Assembly (NCBI GenBank): GCA_039801885.1
Contig: JBDRVN010000023.1
Span: 1 to 23,079, forward strand
DNA length: 23,079 bases
Direction of reading: 5' to 3'
Origin: a candidate division WOR-3 bacterium
GTDB taxonomy: Bacteria > Hydrothermota > Tepidihabitantia > Tepidihabitantales > DTDR01
Shown here: positions 1-7,064 of the stretch, one piece after another
How the letters are laid out: every line of letters starts with the position of its first letter
Numbering within the stretch: the first letter of the stretch is position 1
Translations under genes and position numbers: made by a program
Notes under the pieces: model-generated
Told to the model about the DNA's origin: nothing
What the model saw: the letters and a program-made list of their open reading frames with translations, nothing else
The model's database searches: none

Positions 1-775
1 GAACCTCATCGCCTAAATTCTCTTTTATCCATTTACACAATTCTCTTATATTCTCTTCTTGGTCATTTGAAGTGGGAATTAAAAGATTGACAATTTCTAA
101 CCATTTTCCTTTTTCTCTGATTATCTTTAATGTCTGTAAGGTATTATCAATTTTCGCTTTGGACATTTTCATTAACATCTCGTTATTAATCCCTTTAAAA
201 TCAATAGTTACTCCATCGGTATATTCTAAAAGAGTTAATAAGGGTTCTTTATTAATCGCACCGTTGGAATGCCAAATAATATTAATATTATTCTTCTTTG
301 CCTCTTTGGCAATATCTAAAATATACTCATAGAAAACCGTTGGTTCATTATAAGTAAAAGAGATAGTTTTAATATTTTTCTTTTTTGCCATTTCAATAAT
401 ATCTTTGGGAGTTAAAAAATAACTCTCTTCTTTTTTAAAACTGGCTTGTGAGAGATGCCAGTTATGACAATGCTGACAGATAAAATTACAACCAACAGTG
501 CCAATACATAATATTTCCGTATTAGGAAGAAAATGATACATTGGCTCTTTTTCAATTGGGTCAATTTGGATTGCTTGGGGATGGCTATAAACTAAACTAT
601 AAAGTCTCCCTTTTTTATTTTCTCTTGTCCGGCAGAAGCCAGTTTTATTCTCTAAAATAATACATTGCCGAAAACATAAATGGCATTGGACTTTATTATT
701 CTCTAATTTTTTATAGAATAATGCCTCCTTTAAACTACTTTCGAACAAAAATAATACCAGGATGGTCTTTAACAA
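1..775 (-). CDS. amrS: AmmeMemoRadiSam-system-type radical SAM enzyme (AmrS-like, paralog 1); 3' end truncated by window edge; start uncertain (TTG 775, alternatives TTG 784 or 748)
   Basis: Absent from the ORF track because its stop is outside the window. Manual translation: LLKTILVLFLFESSLKEALFYKKLENNKVQCHLCFRQC...GFCRTREN...DPIEKEPMYHF...GCNFICQHCHNWHLSQ (CxxxCxxC)...SFTYNEP...WLEIVNLLIP...WIKENLGDEV. Colinear with 14469..15527. Frame is bounded upstream by TAA at 787-785. Confidence 0.88.
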   Translation of the reverse strand, partial: MLKTILVLFLFESSLKEALFYKKLENNKVQCHLCFRQCIILENKTGFCRTRENKKGRLYSLVYSHPQAIQIDPIEKEPMYHFLPNTEILCIGTVGCNFICQHCHNWHLSQASFKKEESYFLTPKDIIEMAKKKNIKTISFTYNEPTVFYEYILDIAKEAKKNNINIIWHSNGAINKEPLLTLLEYTDGVTIDFKGINNEMLMKMSKAKIDNTLQTLKIIREKGKWLEIVNLLIPTSNDQEENIRELCKWIKENLGDEV

Positions 776-1769
776 TTCTACCAATTATTTTATGTTTTAT
801 TAATTCCTTTTCTAATCTTGGTAGCTTTTCTTCGGAAACCGAGATTAAAAGCCCACCAGAAGTTTCCGAAGAAAAGATAAGAACCTTATATTCTTCGCTT
901 ATTCCATTTTCAAAAACAACATAATTACTAAAAGAAGAGAAATTCATCCCATAACCAGCACCCACTATACCAGTTTTTATTAAATTAAGGACATCTGTTA
1001 AGATAGGTAAATTGGAGACATAAATTTCTGCTCCTACTTTACTCGCCTTTATCATTTCATATAAATGGCCAACAAGACCAAAACCGGTAATATCGGTAGC
1101 CGCAGAAACACCCACTTTTACCATTATTTCTGATGCTTTATCATTTAAAGTGGTCATTGATTTTACAGCACTTTTATATAACTTATCAGAAATTTTAATA
1201 TTTCTTAATAAGGCATAAGAAAAAATTTCTATTCCCAATGGTTTGGTTAGTACTAAATAATCATTAGGTTTGGCATTAGCATTAGTAATAATTTTTTTAG
1301 GATTGATAAAACCAGTAACAGCCAAACCAAACATTACTTGTTCTGAAACAAAGGTATGGCCACCAACAATAAAAGTATTTGCCTCTTTTGCTTTTTTTTG
1401 AGCACCAAGAAGCATTTTGCCAAACCAATCTAAGGGATATTTCGGATGAAAACCAACAACATTCATTGCCAATAAAGGCTTACCACCCATTGCATAAATA
1501 TCACTTAAAGAATTACAGGCAGCAATTTGTCCAAAAAGATAAGGATCATCGATTACCGGTGCGAAGACATCTACCGTTTGGACAATTGCCTTATTTTTGC
1601 TAATCTGAAAAACACCGGCATCATCAGCCGTATTAAAGCCGACAATAATCCTCTTATCTCTTATTTTAGGTAATCTATCCAATACCGACGCCAACTGCGT
1701 CTGATTAAATTTTGATGCTCAACCCGGACACAAAATCGTATCCAATAAATTTTTTATCTCTTTTGCCAT
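735..1769 (-). CDS. selD: Selenide, water dikinase (selenophosphate synthetase), selenocysteine-containing form, 344 aa, UGA/Sec at codon 17 (1721-1719)
   Basis: The track ORF (DDAGVF, VQTVDVF, NSLSDIYAMGG, GGHT, TDITGFGLVGHL, ETSGGLL) lacks the catalytic N-terminus. In-frame extension gives MAKEIKNLLDTILCPG*ASKFNQTQLASVLDRL. The * and K fall at positions 17 and 20, matching catalytic Cys/Sec17 and Lys20 of SelD. A hairpin follows the UGA and a consensus promoter precedes the ATG. Confidence 0.95.
1681..1706 (-). promoter_or_regulatory. Bacterial SECIS-like stem-loop
   Basis: mRNA AAUCA-GACGC-AGUUG-GCGUC-GGUAUU: 5-bp GC-rich stem (1701-1697 with 1691-1687), loop AGUUG with G in second position, loop starting 22 nt 3' of the UGA, imperfect lower stem. 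Confidence 0.8.
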
Positions 1770-1776
1770 AACCTTA

Positions 1777-1804
1777 ATTATACAAAATTAAAAATTGATG
1801 TCAA
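1777..1804 (-). promoter_or_regulatory. Sigma70 promoter of selD (probably leaderless)
   Basis: TTGACA(1804-1799)-N16-TATAAT(1782-1777)-N7-ATG(1769); both hexamers match consensus exactly. Confidence 0.85.
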
Positions 1805-1838
1805 TATAAATGTTTGAAAGATAGATAAAATCTTGTTT

Positions 1839-1937
1839 AAATAATATAGGGGAGAGGGGTATATAGTTATAAGTTCTTATAAATCAAAGACTTAAATATA
1901 TATAGGGTTATCCCTATGACCATCTCCTATATTATTT
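1839..1937. repeat. Intergenic nested inverted-repeat element
   Basis: AAATAATATAGG (1839-1850) and CCTATATTATTT (1926-1937) form a perfect 12-bp inverted repeat, extendable with a bulge. Internal hairpin ATAGGG-TTAT-CCCTAT (1902-1917) and imperfect TAAGTTCTT...AAGACTTA (1870-1894). Confidence 0.7.
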
Positions 1938-1963
1938 TCTATTATGCCTTAAAGATAAAAATC

Positions 1964-2587
1964 TTAGAATTTTAAAAGGTCATTTATTCCTTTAAAAAGA
2001 AAATATCCGCCAGCAAAGATTGCACTTGCTTGGCTAATAATTTTCATTATTTTATAACGGGTTAAATAAGAGAAAAATATTAATGGGAAAAAATAGATAG
2101 AAGTTGCTAAAAAGAATAAGAGAAAAAATAAGATGCCTTTGATTACTTCTGCCATTTCTATTACATTGATAAGGGAAAGTAAAAAAGGTGGGCAGAGATT
2201 TATTCCCATAATAAGACCGATAAAGAAAAGATAGAAATTAGAATGGAATTCTCTTTTTAAAATTTGGCAAAAAGAGATATGAGGAAAGGAGAAGACGATT
2301 CCATAAGAAATAAGTAAAAAGGAGATAAAAATATAAAGCAGAGGAATGAGAAAATTTTGGAAAGTAGGTAAAGAAAAAAGGCTTTTTCCTAATAAACTAA
2401 ATAATAAACCGAAGAGAAGATAACCAATAAGACGACCAAGAAGAAAATAAAAGATTAATTTTATACTTTTTTTTAAATTTTCAATTGATAAAAAATAAGG
2501 AAAAACTACCGGGAAACAATAACCAAAACAGAAATAGCCATTTGCTAAACCTAATAAGATTGGTTTAATAAAAAAACCTAAATCCAT
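1964..2587 (-). CDS. Membrane protein, DsbD_2 / sulfite-exporter TauE/SafE-like family
   Basis: About 6 hydrophobic segments; GLANGYFCFGYCFP in the first, GRLIGYLLFG, and GINLCPPF later. This Cys placement is typical of DsbD_2/CcdA-like proteins. Confidence 0.7.
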   Translation of the reverse strand: MDLGFFIKPILLGLANGYFCFGYCFPVVFPYFLSIENLKKSIKLIFYFLLGRLIGYLLFGLLFSLLGKSLFSLPTFQNFLIPLLYIFISFLLISYGIVFSFPHISFCQILKREFHSNFYLFFIGLIMGINLCPPFLLSLINVIEMAEVIKGILFFLLFFLATSIYFFPLIFFSYLTRYKIMKIISQASAIFAGGYFLFKGINDLLKF

Positions 2588-2592
2588 ATTAA

Positions 2593-2621
2593 AAATTAAA
2601 GAAAATGGAACTAAAAATCAA
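2593..2621 (-). promoter_or_regulatory. Putative sigma70 promoter of the DsbD_2-like gene
   Basis: TTGATT(2621-2616)-N17-TAATTT(2598-2593)-N5-ATG(2587); weaker match in AT-rich DNA. Confidence 0.45.
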
Positions 2622-2627
2622 TTAATC

Positions 2628-2656
2628 TTGACTTAAATATTATCCCTTATTAAAAT
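2628..2656 (+). promoter_or_regulatory. Sigma70 promoter of the rseC...lptG operon (probably leaderless)
   Basis: TTGACT(2628-2633)-N17-TAAAAT(2651-2656)-N5-ATG(2662); no Shine-Dalgarno. Confidence 0.75.
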
Positions 2657-2661
2657 TATTG

Positions 2662-3084
2662 ATGGATTGTTTTTATGGCTATATCAAAGAAATAAAAGAA
2701 AATCGAGCAGTTGTTAAGGTTAGTGTTAATCCCAAATGTTTGGGGTGTAACCAAAAGGGTGGGTGCGGACTTTTTGCCAAAAAGGAAGAGAGAGAATTGG
2801 AAGTTTATAATCCCATCAGTGCAAAAATTGGTGATTTAGTTATGATTGACTATCCAGAAAAAAGAAATTTGCTCTTTCTCTTTCTTTTTGGTTTGCCGAT
2901 TTTGGGAATACTTTTGGGTAGTTATTTTGGTTTTGTTATTTTTAAAAAAGAAGGTTATGCCCTTTTATTCTCTTTTTTATTCCTTTTTATCGGTTTGTTT
3001 CTTTTAAAGGTTTTTCAAAGCCCTTTATTAAAAAAAGAAAGATATCTACCAAAAATAAAAGAAATAATCAAGGAGGAAAAATGA
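2662..3084 (+). CDS. RseC/MucC family (SoxR-reducing system) membrane protein
   Basis: G-x-I-x-E-I..AVVKV, CLGC-x5-C motif, NPISAKIGDLV, then two TM helices. ATG 2662 preferred over TTG 2659. Confidence 0.8.
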   Translation: MDCFYGYIKEIKENRAVVKVSVNPKCLGCNQKGGCGLFAKKEERELEVYNPISAKIGDLVMIDYPEKRNLLFLFLFGLPILGILLGSYFGFVIFKKEGYALLFSFLFLFIGLFLLKVFQSPLLKKERYLPKIKEIIKEEK

Positions 3085-3887
3085 AGGATTTTTTTATTTT
3101 TTTTATTCTTTTTATTCCATTGATTGTCGATGCTTTTAAAGATGGAAAATATGATTTTTATAAAAATAATGAATATTTTATTCAAAAAACGATTGATACA
3201 AAAAAAATTGACCAAGGTATTATTCGGGCAAAGGTGGATAACAAATGGCAGAATTTCCAGATTGTTGAATTACCCGAAGGATTTTTAGAATGGAATTTTG
3301 AAAGGAGATTATCAATGATTGAAAAAATAAAGAAGAAGGAACCGCCGGATTGGGCTGGTCCCCATAATGGAATTGTTGCTACCTATGGGACAAAAAGAGA
3401 AGATACAAAATTGGGAATTAATTGCGCCGTAAAAGGAATGGGATTTTTGCCAAAAAAGGAAAAGATAAAAGAGATTATTAATCTTTTAAAAGAGAGCTTT
3501 AATAATTCTTTTGAAAGAAAGGTTAATATTTTAGAAAGTCTTTACAAAAAAGGGAGAGAAGTTTTTGATTTAAATAAACAAGCTTCCTTAGAATTATATA
3601 CTACTAAGGATTTTTATACTCAAACTTTTTTAAATCAGATGGTTAATCCTGCCTGTGCAATAGTTTTCTTAGATATTCCTTCTTATAAATTGAAATGTCT
3701 TGCTCATTTATTACATCCGAAAAATCCTTATCTTAGTGAATATGAAAAAGATGTTTGTGAATATGTGAATCTTATTCATGATTATTTTCATGGGGAATCA
3801 CCAAGAAAATCAATAGCCGTAATTTATTATATTATTGAAGTTTTTGATAATTCTCCGGGAAGAGGTAAAGGGATAAAAGTTAAATAG
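3081..3887 (+). CDS. Hypothetical exported protein, possibly pyridoxamine-5'-phosphate-oxidase-like (FMN-binding split barrel)
   Basis: AAGGAGG RBS and ATGA overlap; signal-peptide-like MKDFFIFFILFIPLIVDA. C-terminal half (SLEL..QTFLNQMVNPACAIVF..SYKLKC..YVNLIHDYFH..IIEVFDNS) resembles PNPOx-like proteins from memory only. The CDS is secure; the function is not. Confidence 0.5.
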   Translation: MKDFFIFFILFIPLIVDAFKDGKYDFYKNNEYFIQKTIDTKKIDQGIIRAKVDNKWQNFQIVELPEGFLEWNFERRLSMIEKIKKKEPPDWAGPHNGIVATYGTKREDTKLGINCAVKGMGFLPKKEKIKEIINLLKESFNNSFERKVNILESLYKKGREVFDLNKQASLELYTTKDFYTQTFLNQMVNPACAIVFLDIPSYKLKCLAHLLHPKNPYLSEYEKDVCEYVNLIHDYFHGESPRKSIAVIYYIIEVFDNSPGRGKGIKVK

Positions 3888-3888
3888 A

Positions 3889-4530
3889 ATGTTAGCAAAG
3901 CAAGCAAACGGAACAAAAAAAAGTTTAGTTAAGCCTAAGGGTGAGATAAAGTCATTACCTCTACCGGAAAGCGAATTGATAAAAAGATCGAAAGAGGGAA
4001 ATGAAGAAGCCTTTGAGATGTTAATTAGCCCTTATGAGAAAAAGATTTATAACTTGGCTTACCGATTTTTAAATAATGAGCAAGATGCCATTGAGGTTTT
4101 GCAGGAAACTTTAATAAGAGCCTATCGGTTCATTAAAAAGTTTCAAGAAAAGTCAGCTTTTTATACTTGGCTTTACCGAATTGCTATGAATGTAGTATTG
4201 AGGAAATTAAAAAAACGTTCAAGAGAAGATAAAGTAGTTTCTCTTGACCAGATGGTACCGGGTTATGAAGATATACCTCAGGAGATTCCTGACGAAACCC
4301 AAAATCCCGAAGTGATTTATGAACGAAAACAAATCCAAGAAGCAGTAAGAAAGGCTTTAGAAGAGTTGCCGGAGGTTTATCGATCGGTTGTGTTTTTGAA
4401 AGATGTGGAGGGGCTGTCAAATAAAGAAGTTGCTGAGATTTTAAAACTTACTGTTCCCGCAGTTAAATCCCGTCTTCATAGAGGAAGGTTGTTTTTAAGA
4501 GAAAAACTTAAACATTTGATTAAAATATGA
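3889..4530 (+). CDS. ECF sigma-70 family RNA polymerase sigma factor
   Basis: Region 2 (AFEMLISPYEKKIYNLAYR..DAIEVLQETLIRAY..FYTWLYRIAMN) and region 4 (LEELPEVYRSVVFLKDVEGLSNKEVAEIL..AVKSRLHRGR). Confidence 0.93.
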   Translation: MLAKQANGTKKSLVKPKGEIKSLPLPESELIKRSKEGNEEAFEMLISPYEKKIYNLAYRFLNNEQDAIEVLQETLIRAYRFIKKFQEKSAFYTWLYRIAMNVVLRKLKKRSREDKVVSLDQMVPGYEDIPQEIPDETQNPEVIYERKQIQEAVRKALEELPEVYRSVVFLKDVEGLSNKEVAEILKLTVPAVKSRLHRGRLFLREKLKHLIKI

Positions 4531-4790
4531 AAAAGAAAAAAATTGAATATAATTGTGAAGTTTTTCAAAAATATCTTGTTGAATATCTTGATGAAGAGTT
4601 ACCTTCTGAGATTTTTATTGAATTGGAGAAACACCGGTTAGTTTGTCGGGAATGCACAAAGTTAATTAAATCCTTGCGGAGAATAATTTATGAACTTAGA
4701 AGTTTAACCCATTATGAATTACCGAAAAATGTTGTGGAAAGGGTTCATACTTATATTAAGATTAAAAAATGGAAAAGAAGGTTGTCTTAG
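4527..4790 (+). CDS. Soluble zinc-binding anti-sigma factor (ZAS / zf-HC2)
   Basis: C10...YLDEEL...H36-x3-C40-x2-C43; ATGA overlap with the sigma gene; no TM segment. Confidence 0.88.
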   Translation: MKKKKIEYNCEVFQKYLVEYLDEELPSEIFIELEKHRLVCRECTKLIKSLRRIIYELRSLTHYELPKNVVERVHTYIKIKKWKRRLS

Positions 4791-5893
4791 CGATGAGTGG
4801 CGGCGTGGATTCAGCAGTTGCCGCCTATCTTTTAAAAGAAGCTGGTTATTACGTAATTGGTGTTACCTTTCAAATTTGGGATAAATATTCAATAAAAGAA
4901 AATGAAAAAATCTGTTGCGGTTATTATGGAATAAGGGATGCGCAAATCTGTGCGGAAAAGTTAAAAATTCCTCATTATTTAATAGATTTAAGAGAAAAAT
5001 TTAATAAATTAATAGTACAAGATTTCATTAATAAATATCTTTCTGGTTTCACCCCTAATCCTTGTGTAGAATGTAATCGCTATATTAAATTTTTAGCCCT
5101 TTTAGATTTTGCTAAAAAAGTTTCTGCTCAATATGTTGCCACTGGTCATTATGCCCAAATTATAAAAATCGATAACAGTTATTTTTTAAAAAGGGCGAAA
5201 AGTAAAGAGGATGACCAGACCTATTTTCTCTATCCCTTAACAGAGGAAATATTAGAAAAGACTATTTTCCCCTTGGGAGAAAAAAGTAAAAAGGAAGTAA
5301 GAGAAATCGCTTTAAAGCTTTCTTTACCGGTAGCAGAAAAGAAAAAAAGCCAAGAAACCTGTTTTATTCCTGATAAAAAATATGGCGATTTTATTTTGAA
5401 AATTTTAAGAGAAGAAGGAAAGAATAAATTAAATAAAGAAGGACCTATTTATTTAGTAGAAAATGGCAAAATAAGTTTTTTAGGAACCCATAAAGGGATT
5501 TATCAATATACCATTGGTCAAAGAAGGGGATTAAGAATTCCTTATAAAGAAAGGCTTTATGTCTTAAAAATTGATAAAGAAAAAAATACTATTTATGTTG
5601 GCAAAAAGGATTTAGTCTATAAAAAAAATTTTTTGCTTAAAAAGGAAGTTTGGAAGGAAATAAAAGATGAAATCTTTTTATGTCAGATAAGAAATGTTCA
5701 TAGACCAAGTAAAATAAAGATAAAAAATCTTAAAGAAGATTTGTTGCTTTGTGAATTTTTAATTCCCCAGTGGGCAATAACCCCTGGTCAGAAAGCAGTC
5801 TTTTATGATTTGACTGATGAAATTGTCATCGGTGGCGGAATGATTTTAGAGGTATTAAATAACGAAAGTGATTATTCAAAAACAAGTAATTAA
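4769..5893 (+). CDS. mnmA: tRNA-specific 2-thiouridylase
   Basis: AMSGGVDS PP-loop, TPNPCVECN, ATGHYA, DQTYFL, SQETCF, YTIGQRRGL, AITPGQ. Confidence 0.96.
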   Translation: MEKKVVLAMSGGVDSAVAAYLLKEAGYYVIGVTFQIWDKYSIKENEKICCGYYGIRDAQICAEKLKIPHYLIDLREKFNKLIVQDFINKYLSGFTPNPCVECNRYIKFLALLDFAKKVSAQYVATGHYAQIIKIDNSYFLKRAKSKEDDQTYFLYPLTEEILEKTIFPLGEKSKKEVREIALKLSLPVAEKKKSQETCFIPDKKYGDFILKILREEGKNKLNKEGPIYLVENGKISFLGTHKGIYQYTIGQRRGLRIPYKERLYVLKIDKEKNTIYVGKKDLVYKKNFLLKKEVWKEIKDEIFLCQIRNVHRPSKIKIKNLKEDLLLCEFLIPQWAITPGQKAVFYDLTDEIVIGGGMILEVLNNESDYSKTSN

Positions 5894-7064
5894 AGAATAT
5901 CTATTCCCATTAATCTTTTCAATATTTGTTCTTACTTTTATTATGCTGATGGATAGGATGTTTATTCTGGCTGATCTTTTAATAAAAAAGGGAGTAAAAA
6001 TGAATATTGTTTTTGAGATTGCTTTATATTCTTTACCTTATGTTTTTGCCTATATTCTTCCAATAGCTACTTTAATTGCTGGCATAAGTACTTTTGGTAG
6101 ACTTTCTCAGGATAATGAGATTATCGCCCTTAAAGTGACCGGTATTAACATTACTAAAATTATCAAAGTACCAATATTTTTTATTATTTTTTTATCAATT
6201 TTTATGTTTTTCTTTAATAATTTTTTATGGCCGGAATCAGAATTTCGAATTAGAAATCTTTTATTAGATTTGGCAAGGAAAAAACCTCAGATTAAAATTA
6301 GAGAAGGGATTTTTTTTGATGATTTTTCACCTTATGTTATCTATATTGGTTATCTGGAAGAAAAAACCGGTAAGATGAAAGATATTCTAATTTTTAAAAA
6401 AGAAGGAGAAATTACACCAATCTTTATTTTTGCTAAAGAAGGTATTTTAAGAGAGCAAGAAGAGAGTTATTTTACTTTCATTTTAAAAAATGGTGAAGTC
6501 CACCAATTAGAAAAAAACGAAAGATATCGGCAAATAATATTTGAAATTGACACTATTAATATTCCTTACGAAGACGAATTGATAAGAAGAGAAAGGGGTT
6601 ATCGTTCAATAAGAGAGATGAATATTATTCAACTATTTAAAAATATTAAGGAAATAAATAAAGAGATTAAAAATTTAAAAGGGAAAATTAAAGATTTTAA
6701 AAAAGAAAAAATAAATGAAGAAATTAAGTCTGCCCGAATTAAAGAAGAAGAGATAAAATTGAAATATAAATTAAGAGAAAGAGAAAGGTTTTTATTAGAG
6801 TTTCACAAAAAAACAGCATTAGCCTTTGCTAATATTTTCTTCTTACTTTTTGGTATCACCTTAGGTTTAGTGATTAAAAAAGGTAGCATTGGTATTAGTT
6901 TTATTTTAGGTTTGGTTTATTTCGCCTTTTACTATGTCTTACTTCTGCTTTTTGAAGAAATGGTTTTAAGGGGAAAAATATTAGCCCTTCTTGGGATCTG
7001 GTTACCAACAATTATTAATCTTCCTTTTGCTTTTTATTTTCTTTATAAGAAGATAAAAGAATGA
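5868..7064 (+). CDS. lptF: LPS export ABC permease LptF (YjgP/YjgQ family)
   Basis: 3 TM + periplasmic domain + 3 TM; FGRLSQDNEIIALKVTGI coupling-helix motif; first of a tandem pair. Confidence 0.85.
   Translation: MIIQKQVIKEYLFPLIFSIFVLTFIMLMDRMFILADLLIKKGVKMNIVFEIALYSLPYVFAYILPIATLIAGISTFGRLSQDNEIIALKVTGINITKIIKVPIFFIIFLSIFMFFFNNFLWPESEFRIRNLLLDLARKKPQIKIREGIFFDDFSPYVIYIGYLEEKTGKMKDILIFKKEGEITPIFIFAKEGILREQEESYFTFILKNGEVHQLEKNERYRQIIFEIDTINIPYEDELIRRERGYRSIREMNIIQLFKNIKEINKEIKNLKGKIKDFKKEKINEEIKSARIKEEEIKLKYKLRERERFLLEFHKKTALAFANIFFLLFGITLGLVIKKGSIGISFILGLVYFAFYYVLLLLFEEMVLRGKILALLGIWLPTIINLPFAFYFLYKKIKE

Noticed and set aside
724-730. Perfect AAGGAGG on the minus strand just after the selD stop
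   Set aside because: No in-frame start codon follows; it encodes the conserved K-E-A of the radical SAM protein.
735-1694. ORF-track start of selD at TTG 1694
   Set aside because: It removes the catalytic Sec17/Lys20, and this TTG lies within the SECIS loop.
1719-1721. selD as a pseudogene, or genome-wide UGA reassignment
   Set aside because: The single UGA sits at the catalytic position with a hairpin behind it. Other genes use TGG for Trp and UGA as a normal stop.
1794-1805. ATTGA-TG-TCAAT palindrome over the selD -35 as an FNR/CRP-type site
   Set aside because: Spacing does not fit TTGAT-N4-ATCAA, and 5-bp arms are expected by chance.
3910-3938. Possible ECF autoregulatory promoter GGAAC-N18-GCCTAA
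   Set aside because: It lies inside the sigma CDS, the -10 does not match the GTT or GTC types, and there is no convincing downstream start.
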